From positions 56,931 through 120,930 of IMG/VR virus record IMGVR_UViG_3300028920_000041: a DNA stretch of 64,000 nt; one strand, 5' to 3'. The stretch is from a virus. The position numbers were made by a program, and so were the translations under genes. The notes under the pieces are model-generated. The model saw only the letters and a list, made by a program, of their open reading frames with translations. It was not told the origin of the DNA and did not search any database. Below, in pieces: positions 24,718 to 34,988 of the stretch; position 1 is the stretch's first letter, and the number at the start of each line of letters is the position of its first letter.

Positions 24718-27122
24718 TGCCGAACGACAAAAAAGACAATCCGTTTTTCTTTGAAGCTGGGCTTGATGTCTCAGATCTTCAGAAGTCTTTGACAAAAGCG
24801 GAGAAGTCTTATCTGGCGTTTAGCAAGCAAATAGGTGAGACGGTTGAAGGCCTCGAAGAGCAAGAACAAGTCCATAAAAAGGTAGGCGAGAGAGCTAAAG
24901 AGTCAGCGGAGAAAGAAGAGGAAGCCGCTAAGAAGACAAGCAACTGGCTTAGCCGTTTATTCAAGAAAAGACAAAAGTCAGAACGAGATCGCAAGAGGAA
25001 GGAAAAGGATTCAGAGCAGTCTGGAAAAGATAGACTTAGCTTTACCAAGTCTGTAGGTGCTGGCGTTACCAAAGTGTTGCAAAGGGAGCGTTCTGCAGCC
25101 GATGCACTAGGGCTTTCTTTTTCCAATTTAGCAGCTCTTATAGGTGGTGTTACTGTAGTTGGGTTGATCGGAAAAGCTATAAAAGACTACCTTGAATTTG
25201 ACTCTCAGATACGGTCTTTGAATGTTTCGATGGGATCTACTCCAAAGATTATGCAGGTAGCAGCGACAAGCATCCGAGACTTGACAGGCTACTTGAACGT
25301 AACCCGGGAAGAGCTTTCATCCGTAACAAAGCTTATGGGTGAGACCCGGATGTTTGCAAAGAACACAGATGAAGCAGCGCGATCGTTCCGTGCTTTGACA
25401 ATGGACGTTATTCACTTGAGCAAGTCCATGGATGTCTCTATGGATTCCGTTGTTGGCATGTTCGAAAACTTTACAAGAGTCTATAAGTTGCCACACCATA
25501 GATTGAGAAACATAGCAGCATCCATGAAATTCATTCAAGAGCAGACTTCAATCAGTGGTCAAGAGCTTGTCTCGTTTAGTGAAGGCCTTGATGAAGTCAT
25601 CTCCAGAATGATCCGTACAACAGAGGAGGGAAGAGCCCAAGCAACTGCTGACTTGATGGCTATGGCTGGAGTCTTAAAGTATATGGGAGTTCAGCCGCAA
25701 AAGGTTTCTCAGATGTTTGGGGAAGCCATGAAACTGCATTCAGAGCAAGGCGCGCAGTTCCTTTCGTTCATTACAGAAGGTACGGACAAGTCTGCAGAGC
25801 AAGTCAGGCGTATGATGCAGGCAGGAGATATGCAGACGCCTTTGACAATGCTGATTAATAGGATCAAAAAAGAAGGTCCGGAGTACTTAGAGCGTAACGA
25901 AGAGTGGTTGACAGAAGTAACAGGTATGACGTTTGCTGAGCTAAGAAACATACAGCAGTCTAGCACTCAAGGTATGCAAGATCTATTTGAGCGAAATCGT
26001 AAGGAATACATTCGTGGTCAAAAGCATGCAGAGGAAGCACAAAAGAGGCAGCATGCTTTGTCGAAACTGTGGAACAACCTAAAGCGCGTTGCGGAACGTG
26101 TCTGGCTCGGTATTGGTAAGGTGTTTGTGTCTGTAGCATCCAAGGTATCTAACATCTTGGTTCCTGTTCTTCAGAACATGATGGAACGGCTAGACAGATG
26201 GCTCAGTGATCCAAGGGGTGCTGAATCTATAAACGAGTGGGCAAAGCGCTTGGTAGGTTGGTTTAAGTCAATCTACGAATGGGCAGTTAACGCACTCGTT
26301 CCAGCGATTGCCGCTGTTGCAGGTGTTGTCAAGTCTGCAATCAATTGGTGGCAGAATTTGTCTGGTACAGAGCAGAGTATTGTCAAATGGGGAATGGCTG
26401 TTGGTGCTGTAATGACCATGATTGGAGGCAAGACAGGCCTTGTCGTGGGTGCTTTTAGCGCTGCTTTTAGTGTGGGTATGAAGCTTGGTGAAGCCATTCA
26501 CGAGATCACAGGCGGTGCTGATAAACTGCGTATGACTATGGAGTCTTTAAGATTCTACAAGAGGTTGAATAAAGCAGAATCGACTCAAATGGAATTTAAA
26601 GACATGATGCAGCGTGCTAGCCATATGCAGACTGGTAAGAACATTGCCATTGAAGAACTCCAAAGGTTCATAGCATCAGGTGTTATAGATAGCAGTGGAG
26701 CAGTTAACTTAAACCATCCTGTGATTCGTGCCATGACAGCAGATCAAGGAATTGGTCCAGTTAAAGCACTTCAAAAAACCATCTCAAAGTCTTTGGCAAA
26801 TGCAGCCTCAATAGAGACAGCCATAGGATCCAAGGCGGTTACTTCAGGCGATATACTATCAGAAGCTGGATCTTCTTTCCGGATAGCAGCACCTACAGCA
26901 AAGCCTACAGGTGTCCAGGCAGCTCCATCTATGCCGCTTCCAGGGGTTGGTGCACCACCTGTAGATGTCCAACCGGCCGCACCACCACCTTCCCCTGTTG
27001 TCAAGGTCAGCACAGATAGCCCAAAGGAAGAAAGGCTCCTTGGAGAGATCAGAGACACGTTAGTGCGTATCTCTGGTAAGGGTATAGCTCACCCGTCCAG
27101 ACAACTCTTGCATGCTACGTAG
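24717..27122 (+). CDS. Tape measure protein
   Basis: 801 aa, long helical Ala/Leu/Lys-rich protein with Trp-spaced repeats (WLS, WAK, WFK, WAV, WWQ); canonical position. Confidence 0.9.
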   Translation: MPNDKKDNPFFFEAGLDVSDLQKSLTKAEKSYLAFSKQIGETVEGLEEQEQVHKKVGERAKESAEKEEEAAKKTSNWLSRLFKKRQKSERDRKRKEKDSEQSGKDRLSFTKSVGAGVTKVLQRERSAADALGLSFSNLAALIGGVTVVGLIGKAIKDYLEFDSQIRSLNVSMGSTPKIMQVAATSIRDLTGYLNVTREELSSVTKLMGETRMFAKNTDEAARSFRALTMDVIHLSKSMDVSMDSVVGMFENFTRVYKLPHHRLRNIAASMKFIQEQTSISGQELVSFSEGLDEVISRMIRTTEEGRAQATADLMAMAGVLKYMGVQPQKVSQMFGEAMKLHSEQGAQFLSFITEGTDKSAEQVRRMMQAGDMQTPLTMLINRIKKEGPEYLERNEEWLTEVTGMTFAELRNIQQSSTQGMQDLFERNRKEYIRGQKHAEEAQKRQHALSKLWNNLKRVAERVWLGIGKVFVSVASKVSNILVPVLQNMMERLDRWLSDPRGAESINEWAKRLVGWFKSIYEWAVNALVPAIAAVAGVVKSAINWWQNLSGTEQSIVKWGMAVGAVMTMIGGKTGLVVGAFSAAFSVGMKLGEAIHEITGGADKLRMTMESLRFYKRLNKAESTQMEFKDMMQRASHMQTGKNIAIEELQRFIASGVIDSSGAVNLNHPVIRAMTADQGIGPVKALQKTISKSLANAASIETAIGSKAVTSGDILSEAGSSFRIAAPTAKPTGVQAAPSMPLPGVGAPPVDVQPAAPPPSPVVKVSTDSPKEERLLGEIRDTLVRISGKGIAHPSRQLLHAT

Positions 27123-27130
27123 GATCAATC

Positions 27131-27664
27131 ATGCCAGTTGGAGTTGAAGGTCATATTATAGATTATGACGCTAGGCGAAGTCCTTCCAGGGGTACTGAGA
27201 AAGACTCTGTCAAGTTCTTGTATTATGAAGATATAGAAACGTCTGTAGACACTGTTTATGAAGACCAGTCTGTTAGAGGTAGATCTGAAGAACACGTTTT
27301 CTACTCCCACACTTCAGGTGAGAGCTATAGCTTCTCTGTAAGACTGCCATCATCCGTCAATGAGTCTGACGGATCTAATGCCAAAAAGTCCTATCAAGAT
27401 TATCTCTTTATCAAGTCTTTTGCATACCCGGACTATGGACCCTCTTTCACAGGCCCAACGATCCCACCTAGGAAAGCCATCATCACAATAGGAAGGTGGT
27501 TCAAAGAAGTAGGAATCATAAAGAGCCCATCGGCTACGTTTTCCAAAGTCTGTGATGAGGACGGGTATCCACACTTGATAGATGTTAGGTTCCAATTCCG
27601 TGTTATCAATTCCCGTGCTTTGAGCTTTAGAGATGTCAGAGCAAACAGAGGCAGAGATCTCTAA
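27131..27664 (+). CDS. Tube initiator / baseplate hub-proximal protein (gp48/gp54-like)
   Basis: Y....V.GRSE..VFYS.T.G....FS..L; I.S.AYPDY; PP....I.IG; follows the tape measure. Confidence 0.7.
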   Translation: MPVGVEGHIIDYDARRSPSRGTEKDSVKFLYYEDIETSVDTVYEDQSVRGRSEEHVFYSHTSGESYSFSVRLPSSVNESDGSNAKKSYQDYLFIKSFAYPDYGPSFTGPTIPPRKAIITIGRWFKEVGIIKSPSATFSKVCDEDGYPHLIDVRFQFRVINSRALSFRDVRANRGRDL

Positions 27665-28053
27665 TGGCTGAAACAAACAAAGTCAAAGAGGACAGCCAGG
27701 GAAAAACGGTTTTCATCGAAAACCAAGAACCCAATAGGCCTCTTTCTCGATACAACGGACTTCGAACGCTACTTAATGCGAACCGTTTCCCTGTCATGGA
27801 AACTTGGGAAATGGACGAGATAGAAGAGTCAGAAGACGATACATACTTTCGTGTGACAGTAGAGTTTGCACATAGACCAGACATCATCTCTCAGATCTTT
27901 TACGGTACCGAACAGCTTTATTGGGTCATTGCTTTTGTCAACAAGCTGACAGAGCCCTTTGCACAAACTATTGTCGGAAAGACTTTCAGAATACCTAGTA
28001 GAGAGAACGTATTTCAAACGATCTTGGTTAATCAAAACGCTCGAAGTTCATAA
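27664..28053 (+). CDS. Baseplate wedge protein gp53-like (LysM-like)
   Basis: RPDIISQIFYGTEQLYWVIAFVN...G..FRIPS motif. Confidence 0.85.
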   Translation: MAETNKVKEDSQGKTVFIENQEPNRPLSRYNGLRTLLNANRFPVMETWEMDEIEESEDDTYFRVTVEFAHRPDIISQIFYGTEQLYWVIAFVNKLTEPFAQTIVGKTFRIPSRENVFQTILVNQNARSS

Positions 28054-29525
28054 TGCCAGAAGTGCCAAAAATAGTTGAGCCGTACCATCCTGTTGTACAG
28101 CTACGTTTTGGACGTAAGCCATTCATTATAACTATCCCACCGGATTATTTGGTTGAGTTTACGGCAACAGAGGTTAGGGGAGGCAAGGACCAAGCAACTC
28201 TGGTTTTCATAGATCCTACGTTCGTAAAGATAGAATCTTTCTTGCTCCAATTGGACAAAGAAACAGCGGAGTCACGAAGCAGTAAAGACGTACCTACCGA
28301 TGTTCTTTTCTACAGGTGGGGCTTTCCTGGTTTAGGCTTGGAAGAAAGGCCTTGGCGTCAAGGTGCTATTGCAACGTATACACCAACGCTATCAACAGCA
28401 GGAATGCGGATCTCACTTGATATCTGGGCCAGAGGAACAACCTTCCAGTTCATTACAGAGCCGAAGACCTACAAAGGAAAGATTAGCTCTGTAGTAACAC
28501 AAATGGCCTTAGAGATGGGTTACCCAAAGGCTAATGTTTTTGTAGAAGAGACAGACGATGATGAAATGGAGGAAGATCCAAGAGCTGAATGGTCTGTTAA
28601 GAACCAAAGTCGTGTTGACTTTATGGAATCACTAAAGCAGTCTGCTAAATCAAAAACCAACCCGTCTAAACCCTACTTTTTCAAGCTCTCACTTGATGGC
28701 ACATTCCACTTTCACACGATTGATTTCAGCAGAACAAAGAAGCGAAAAAGAACAGAGCCAAGGATCTTTAAGGTCTTGTTCGCAGGACCAAATACAGGAG
28801 TAACAAGCTTTACTCCAGCCTATAACTCTCGCCGTATAGGAAACTTTGCGCAGACTGTACTTGCTACTACTTATGATCCAAGAACCAAGCAATACCAGAA
28901 ACGGGTTCTGACTCGAAAGACACTTGGACTGCAAACCAAAGATGATCCAAAGAACGCCAGAACAACCTCCGGTCCTTTGGTTAAATCAGATGATAGAGAA
29001 GAGCTTGAAAAGGTTGTTAACGCTGCAACGTTCAAACCAAGTCAACAAGTAGCATTAGGCGGTAGGTGTTCTGGTAAGACCAAACAGATCTATGCAAGTC
29101 CACAAAGAGCATTCGCTTACCTCGAACATAGCTTCAAAGTGCTCCATGAGACTGTTTCAGGTGCCCAATTAGAGTTAGTTGGCTTACCTGAATTTTCAGA
29201 CTTCACTCCCGATGAGCACTATTGCGATGTACACGTGGTCCTGCCACCACAGGCCTACCAGGACGCTGTACAGACCGGATCTTGGCCAGAGCTGTCCCAA
29301 GGGGCCAATGTTCGATCTGGCGTCTCCAGGGATGCACAGCTCGACGTGACAGCCGGTCTGCACTGGTCTTCGGGCCGCTACCAGGTCAAACGGGTCACCC
29401 ACACGATCACCTCGGGCTATACCATCTCTGCAGAGCTTGGAAAGCCCACTATGTTGGTTGGCCCGGATGAAGCCCGAACGGGTCCACCGGCTAAAGCCAA
29501 GCCAGCAACTGTCAAAACAACCTGA
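28053..29525 (+). CDS. Baseplate hub protein (gp27/P2 gpD-like)
   Basis: Position between gp53-like and spike genes; GKISSVV..MA...G; Q....F...L; HWSSGRYQVKRVTHTI..GYT...EL motif. Confidence 0.75.
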   Translation: MPEVPKIVEPYHPVVQLRFGRKPFIITIPPDYLVEFTATEVRGGKDQATLVFIDPTFVKIESFLLQLDKETAESRSSKDVPTDVLFYRWGFPGLGLEERPWRQGAIATYTPTLSTAGMRISLDIWARGTTFQFITEPKTYKGKISSVVTQMALEMGYPKANVFVEETDDDEMEEDPRAEWSVKNQSRVDFMESLKQSAKSKTNPSKPYFFKLSLDGTFHFHTIDFSRTKKRKRTEPRIFKVLFAGPNTGVTSFTPAYNSRRIGNFAQTVLATTYDPRTKQYQKRVLTRKTLGLQTKDDPKNARTTSGPLVKSDDREELEKVVNAATFKPSQQVALGGRCSGKTKQIYASPQRAFAYLEHSFKVLHETVSGAQLELVGLPEFSDFTPDEHYCDVHVVLPPQAYQDAVQTGSWPELSQGANVRSGVSRDAQLDVTAGLHWSSGRYQVKRVTHTITSGYTISAELGKPTMLVGPDEARTGPPAKAKPATVKTT

Positions 29526-29526
29526 T

Positions 29527-31257
29527 ATGGAAAGCTACGAAAAAGAAGCGCTCTTAGTAGCGCTTGACTCATCCAAGAAGATTTGGCCTGGCTGCTATCG
29601 TGGCAAGGTTGAATCAATTGATGATCCAGACAGGCTTGACAGAGTAAAAGTTAGAGTGTGGGCAATTCACAGAGATGATACAGCGACTCCGGACTCGGCT
29701 CTACCATGGGCAGATGTAAATGAGATAGGCGGTGGAGGTTATGACTTCGGTGGTTACAATCCCCCTCCTGTTGGTTCTAGCGTTTGGGTTATGTTTGAAG
29801 GAGGCGATTCTGATTACCCTGTTGTCATTGGAACGTTTCGTGGTGTACCTAAAAGAGATGACATTAACTCTAATGTATTTCTTGTCAAAGATCAGTCACC
29901 GGTTGTTGAGAGTCCTTGGACTCCTCCAGATGAAGAGACAGAAACACCAAAGGATGTATTTGAAGATGTAGATGGTGGAGATCCTCACCCAACCAAGAGA
30001 GTCTGGCAAAAGAGCTACAAAGGCCACACCATTGTTATTGATGATGGGGATGGCAAGGAGTCTTTTAAGATAATAGACAGGGCAGGTCAGATCATAGAGT
30101 TTGACTGCGCCGTTGATGCTGAGTATGCAGCTAGCAATAATGCACAAAGGGGTGTAAGGGATGCATCCAGGGGAGATCAATTGCCTCATGATGCACTAAG
30201 AGACAAAAGGGCTGCCATTCGTATCAAGGATTTGTCCGGTCAAGAGCTTGTTTTTGATTCACGGAATATGGATGAAAGAATTACATTAAAAAGCAAGAGC
30301 AAACTAGGTGGGGAGAATAAAATTGTACTCAGATCTGGCAAAGGCAAGAATTCCATTGAACTTAGAGACAGCGGTGGAGATTTTGTTAGACTTGACCCAC
30401 ACTCTGACACACCGATTGTTATACAAGATTCTACTGGTAATGGAATCATTTTCGATAAGGCTACAGGACAAGTTCGAATTGTTGGCACTAAGACTAGAGA
30501 AGAGGACTTACCTCAGAAAACCACTACGGTAAGAGGCAAAAAGAGGTCAGACATAAGAGGTGATGAAGTTAAGCAGATCTTAGGCAACAAAAAGACATCG
30601 GTAATGAACGATGTTTTGCAGAGTGTTTTAGGCAATGCACAGGTCTCTTTAGGTGGTGCGTTGAAGATGATGCTAACCAATCAATCACCGTCTGGATCTG
30701 AAGAGAAAGCTTTAGACATCCAAGTCAATAACCCTACAGGTGGGGACTTTGCGTTTCAAACACTAAATGGAAATATTGACTGGAATACTATTCTTGGTAG
30801 CATCCAAATGTCTGTGGATACTACTGGAGATATGGTCACACAATCTGGACAAGTCTCAGGCAACAACAACGTTGACGCTCCAGCCGCTACAGGTAAGGTT
30901 TTGCTTGGTAACGCTCTTTTACCTGTGGGTCCTAATCCTGTACCCGGTGCTAGTCAAGAATCCTTGATCCGTGGCAGCTACTTTAATCAAATGCTGACTG
31001 TATATTTGACAGCTCTTAGTGCTTCGTGGAGTACTCGCGCTGGCGTTGCTGCATCGTTTTCAAACACACTGCCAATAGGGTTGGTTTTGAACTTTATACC
31101 CGCTGTAGGTAACACGCTTTTTACGACATTGATGGGGCCACTTTGGGAAGCTTATGCAGTAGGAGAAACTACGGCATTTGGCGTTCAGTCTGCGGCAGCA
31201 GCGGCTTTGCTAGCAGCACTCCCTGCAACACTATCGACAAAAAGTAGCACACAATGA
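29527..31257 (+). CDS. Baseplate central spike (gp5/VgrG-like, OB domain plus beta-helix)
   Basis: YRGKVE..DDPDRLDRVKVRV...LPWA...PPVGS.VWVMFEGGD..YPV.IG; SYKGHTI.IDD; no lysozyme domain recognised. Start at ATG 29527. Confidence 0.9.
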   Translation: MESYEKEALLVALDSSKKIWPGCYRGKVESIDDPDRLDRVKVRVWAIHRDDTATPDSALPWADVNEIGGGGYDFGGYNPPPVGSSVWVMFEGGDSDYPVVIGTFRGVPKRDDINSNVFLVKDQSPVVESPWTPPDEETETPKDVFEDVDGGDPHPTKRVWQKSYKGHTIVIDDGDGKESFKIIDRAGQIIEFDCAVDAEYAASNNAQRGVRDASRGDQLPHDALRDKRAAIRIKDLSGQELVFDSRNMDERITLKSKSKLGGENKIVLRSGKGKNSIELRDSGGDFVRLDPHSDTPIVIQDSTGNGIIFDKATGQVRIVGTKTREEDLPQKTTTVRGKKRSDIRGDEVKQILGNKKTSVMNDVLQSVLGNAQVSLGGALKMMLTNQSPSGSEEKALDIQVNNPTGGDFAFQTLNGNIDWNTILGSIQMSVDTTGDMVTQSGQVSGNNNVDAPAATGKVLLGNALLPVGPNPVPGASQESLIRGSYFNQMLTVYLTALSASWSTRAGVAASFSNTLPIGLVLNFIPAVGNTLFTTLMGPLWEAYAVGETTAFGVQSAAAAALLAALPATLSTKSSTQ

Positions 31258-31451
31258 ACCTTGACAAGTTAGCCGATTCACTTTCTCAAGATATCTTCGA
31301 TCAATTCCCAAAAGAGACTAAAGAGCACAAAGTTGTTATACGTGATTCTATTGTGAAGATACTCAAAGCATTGCCTAAAGGCTACTCCAGAGAGAAGTAT
31401 ATAGAACACGTTAGGAAAGGGTTGAATTCAGTGAACTATGAAAAAACTTGA
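31254..31451 (+). CDS. Small hypothetical protein
   Basis: 65-aa helical ORF, ATGA-coupled. Confidence 0.55.
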   Translation: MNLDKLADSLSQDIFDQFPKETKEHKVVIRDSIVKILKALPKGYSREKYIEHVRKGLNSVNYEKT

Positions 31452-31716
31452 AGAGGTGATAGATCAGTCTATCAGTGACTTTATCAAAGAGATAGTAGAT
31501 AAGATTGATGATAAAGCACTAACAGACATTGGTCCAAAGATACTTGAACTTTTGGAGAAGAAGAAACAAGGCACTTTGGACTTGAACGATCTGAAGTCAC
31601 TATTACTTCTATATCGAAATGTCATAATCCCTGCTTCTATGGTTCAAGAAGCAAACAAGCTTAGAGCAATCAGCGGAATAGTCAATGGCGCAATGGGTAT
31701 CAGCAAACCTCGCTAA
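31438..31716 (+). CDS. Small hypothetical protein
   Basis: 92-aa helical ORF overlapping both neighbours. Confidence 0.55.
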   Translation: MKKLEEVIDQSISDFIKEIVDKIDDKALTDIGPKILELLEKKKQGTLDLNDLKSLLLLYRNVIIPASMVQEANKLRAISGIVNGAMGISKPR

Positions 31717-32902
31717 TCTACTACCGGGAAGCGTAGATGCGATCTTCGATTCTATTCGTGCGTTAACATCTACTGTATCTGTGCCGCTGACTGCCGTTAA
31801 AACGATAATGAATAAATACAAGCTTGCTTTGTCAAGCTTGCCAGCCTTTGACTTTGTATCCATAGCCAGAGGCCTTGTGGAGGACTTCAAAGAAGACTTG
31901 ATAGGATCTGGCTACTACGTATTGGATATGTGGGACTACCCGGTAAAACAGCTTCAACCTGCTACATTTGGGTTCGATCAGACATACAGCAATGCTGATA
32001 TGTCTGGTCACTTGTTCTCAGAGTCTTTCCAGCAAGACTTGATTAATAGCTTTGATGATACAAAGGATGTAAGTAGGCCACAGTTTTCTGGTAACGTTGC
32101 CATGTTGGTTATTGTAGTGGCTCGCGGTACACTTGATGATATGGGAGTTGATACCGAAGAAGATCATATAGGAGAAGCTTGGAAGGGTTTTGACACTGCA
32201 ATTCATGGCGCGGCAAGAGCAATTGAAGAGATAAGGTGGAAGGCTTCTTTCGGTCTTATACGAAGTGCGGCAGAAGTACAAGAATCAGAAAAAGTAGCAA
32301 CTCGTGTTGCAAGAGCACAAAGAGCCTTTCGTTTACTAACCTATATGACTCAAGAAGAGCTAGATCTACTGCCAAAGCCTCTGAACCCTGAGACTGGAGA
32401 AGCCTTCTTTGAAGGTATGACGGCTTCTGATATAGATTGGGAAGAGGATATTGTTCCTATCTTGGAAGCAGTAGAGAGCAATTTCGAGCCTTACTCTTAT
32501 CCAGACTGGCAGAGTTCAACACTCTATGATGTCTATCCAGAGCTTGCTGATTTGGTGAACACTATCTTCGATCCTGTGATTGAGCTTTTAGAGTCCGGTG
32601 GAACCATAGTTCAGTCTATCATTGACTTGATTGATGCGATTACGGCGAAGTTGAATGAACTGCAACGCATCATAGACGATATAGATGTTTTCTTGGAGCA
32701 GATTGAAGATCTATTGAGTGCTACGGGGTTTCATGCAGTGTTCATTAGTTCAAGTAGCGGTGTGGAAGGGCTAAAAACAGAGCTTGAAAACGCTACAGAC
32801 TTTCCGTTTTCAGGAAAAGGGTTTTATGCCGGAATGTCCATTTTAGTTGGAAGTGATGCTGTAGCACCTTTCACAGCGTTGTTTCAACCTGTTGTGTCAT
32901 AG
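31685..32902 (+). CDS. Hypothetical helical protein in baseplate cluster
   Basis: 405-aa acidic helical ORF; conserved-looking G.H...I....G...L...L..A.D.P end. Confidence 0.6.
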   Translation: MAQWVSANLANLLPGSVDAIFDSIRALTSTVSVPLTAVKTIMNKYKLALSSLPAFDFVSIARGLVEDFKEDLIGSGYYVLDMWDYPVKQLQPATFGFDQTYSNADMSGHLFSESFQQDLINSFDDTKDVSRPQFSGNVAMLVIVVARGTLDDMGVDTEEDHIGEAWKGFDTAIHGAARAIEEIRWKASFGLIRSAAEVQESEKVATRVARAQRAFRLLTYMTQEELDLLPKPLNPETGEAFFEGMTASDIDWEEDIVPILEAVESNFEPYSYPDWQSSTLYDVYPELADLVNTIFDPVIELLESGGTIVQSIIDLIDAITAKLNELQRIIDDIDVFLEQIEDLLSATGFHAVFISSSSGVEGLKTELENATDFPFSGKGFYAGMSILVGSDAVAPFTALFQPVVS

Positions 32903-33343
32903 ATGAGCTATACATACACATTCACAGTAGGAGTTGCTCCAGTTGTAAGATCAACAACAGATTCAGACTTTCTAAAGGCTTTTGACTTTCCACTTCAGTT
33001 CAAATCGAATGGTGATTTAACTCTAACGTCAAACGATCGTGCAATTGAGCATGATTTGAAGCATGCTGTAATGCTGCTTATAGGTGGTATACCTCTTTCT
33101 GGGCAGATTGGAAGCAGGGTGCCTACCATGCCGTTTGACCCTAATGATTCTGTTAACAGCGATATCATTGTAGAGGAAATAGCAAGGTCTTGTAGACTAA
33201 ACGTACCTCAAGCTCTAGTTGACAAAGACATATTCATAGTTGAAGAGGATCATAGTGTAAGAGCTGTGGTTCCTTACGTAGCTCCAGGCAGAATGAATCT
33301 GAAGATTTTGAATTTGGCTATTCCTGTGCAAGACATTGACTGA
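32903..33343 (+). CDS. Baseplate wedge gp25-like, paralog 1
   Basis: FPLQF...GD......I...L...V....G..P.....GS......F..ND pattern. Confidence 0.7.
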   Translation: MSYTYTFTVGVAPVVRSTTDSDFLKAFDFPLQFKSNGDLTLTSNDRAIEHDLKHAVMLLIGGIPLSGQIGSRVPTMPFDPNDSVNSDIIVEEIARSCRLNVPQALVDKDIFIVEEDHSVRAVVPYVAPGRMNLKILNLAIPVQDID

Positions 33344-33399
33344 CCTGTCTATAGCTTCTCTTAACCAACATAAGAACAAGCAAAGAAAAGGAGTTATAG

Positions 33400-34977
33400 A
33401 TGGCTGTTCCAGTTGTAACCTGTTCTGCGGATATAGTTCTTTCTTACGATGCATCTGGACGAACAATACAGTTAAATGCATCTGCCACGAATTCTCCAAC
33501 CTCTTGGCAGTGGACAATACTACACGTTCCTCCAGGATCTACAGCTAATGTAGGCACTAAAGGAGATTTTGTTGATGGTGTGTCAGCAGAGCAAAATCCG
33601 CAATTGGAGATAGATGGTGGAATAGACGGGGGTTATTGTATTCAAGCAATGGCTCTAAATGGAGACGGTAGCTCTAGTTCTTTAAATTCCGGATCTCAGC
33701 AGTTGATCATTGTAAAAACCCAAGATGGTGAGTATTCGCTACCTCCGGATTATGCCTATGATTGGGGCGAGCGATATTTGAATGAGACCATAAGAGCTAT
33801 TGAAGCAGATCTAGAACTTGCTGGGGAAACTCCTTTAACAACAAAAGGAGACATTTTAGGATACGATACTGCCAATGCTCGTATTCCTATAGGATCAGAC
33901 TATGGGGTTTTGACTTCTGACAGTGGTCAAAGTCTAGGGGTTAAGTATTCCCGTGTTGTCAACGCTAGTCTTGATGACATGGCTCAAGAAACCATAAAAG
34001 GTAGAGCTTCTGGTGCTGGAACAGGGGCACCTACAGATCTAACTCCTACTCAAGTTACTGCGATGCTGAATGAAGTAACTTCCTCTTTGAAAGGCCTAGC
34101 GCCTGCATCTGGTGGGGGAACTGATAATTTTCTTAGAGCTGATTTGTCGTGGGAAGAGCCAACTTTACCTGTTACGACTAAAGGCGATTTACTAGGGTAT
34201 GACACTACAAAAAATCGTGTACCTGTAGGATCAGATGATGAAGTACTAACGGCTGACAGTGGACAGGGTCTAGGTGTTAAGTACTCTCGTGTTGCCAATG
34301 CTAGTCTTGGTGACATGTTAGAAAGCACAATAAAGGGTAGGGCAGACGGTGCTGGAACTGGGGCACCTACAGATCTAACTCCAGCACAAGCAACAGCCAT
34401 TATCAATGAACTGTCAGACTCTGAAAAAGGCTTAGCTCCTGCATCTGGGGGTGGCACGGATAACTTTTTAAGGGCTGACAAAAGTTGGGCAGTTCCTCCA
34501 GGTACAGGAATAAATCCTCTAACGACAAAAGGGGATCTATATGGCTATGATACAGAAGCTACTAGAATTCCTGTAGGAGTCAATGAGAGAGTCCTCACAG
34601 CGGATGATACAGCTAGCTTAGGTGTTATCTGGCAGGAACCGCAGAAAAGCCATGAACAGATAATTGATTCTAGTTCAAGTGGAAATATTGATACACAAAT
34701 CGACTACCTTGTTTATGGTGACGGCAATCTGGATACGCCTTCTGGTTATGACCTTATGGTGTTTAGAGATGGTGTTAAGATGACGTATTCAGCAACACCC
34801 TCTGCTTCCAATGAGTATTGGTTTAATGATTCTTTGAACGAAGTTCGTGTTATTGGAGATGGTTCTTCCCATCGTTGGGAAGTCTATTATAGATCTACCG
34901 CTGTTAGCGGTTACTCAGCAAATAACCCTGGAACCTTTGGTACTGCGAACTTTGGTACATCCACATTTGACGGATAG
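33400..34977 (+). CDS. Tail fibre-like protein with PKD-like N-terminus and internal repeats
   Basis: A.NSPTSWQW (PKD-like); PLTTKGD..GYDT...R.P.G repeats; AAGGAG RBS. Confidence 0.75.
   Translation: MAVPVVTCSADIVLSYDASGRTIQLNASATNSPTSWQWTILHVPPGSTANVGTKGDFVDGVSAEQNPQLEIDGGIDGGYCIQAMALNGDGSSSSLNSGSQQLIIVKTQDGEYSLPPDYAYDWGERYLNETIRAIEADLELAGETPLTTKGDILGYDTANARIPIGSDYGVLTSDSGQSLGVKYSRVVNASLDDMAQETIKGRASGAGTGAPTDLTPTQVTAMLNEVTSSLKGLAPASGGGTDNFLRADLSWEEPTLPVTTKGDLLGYDTTKNRVPVGSDDEVLTADSGQGLGVKYSRVANASLGDMLESTIKGRADGAGTGAPTDLTPAQATAIINELSDSEKGLAPASGGGTDNFLRADKSWAVPPGTGINPLTTKGDLYGYDTEATRIPVGVNERVLTADDTASLGVIWQEPQKSHEQIIDSSSSGNIDTQIDYLVYGDGNLDTPSGYDLMVFRDGVKMTYSATPSASNEYWFNDSLNEVRVIGDGSSHRWEVYYRSTAVSGYSANNPGTFGTANFGTSTFDG
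33832..34639 (+). repeat. In-frame ~112-116-codon repeat, two full copies plus one partial
   Basis: Copies begin at 33832, 34168 and 34516 (P(L/V)TTKGD...). Confidence 0.85.
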
Positions 34978-34988
34978 GAGCCTCAGAA

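Noticed and set aside
29437-29526. Extended N-terminus of the spike gene from ATG 29437
   Set aside because: It overlaps the hub gene by ~90 nt; ATG 29527 follows the hub stop directly.
33832-34639. Diversity-generating retroelement TR/VR pair
   Set aside because: The repeats are in-frame units within one gene, differences are not adenine-specific by inspection, and no reverse transcriptase was seen.
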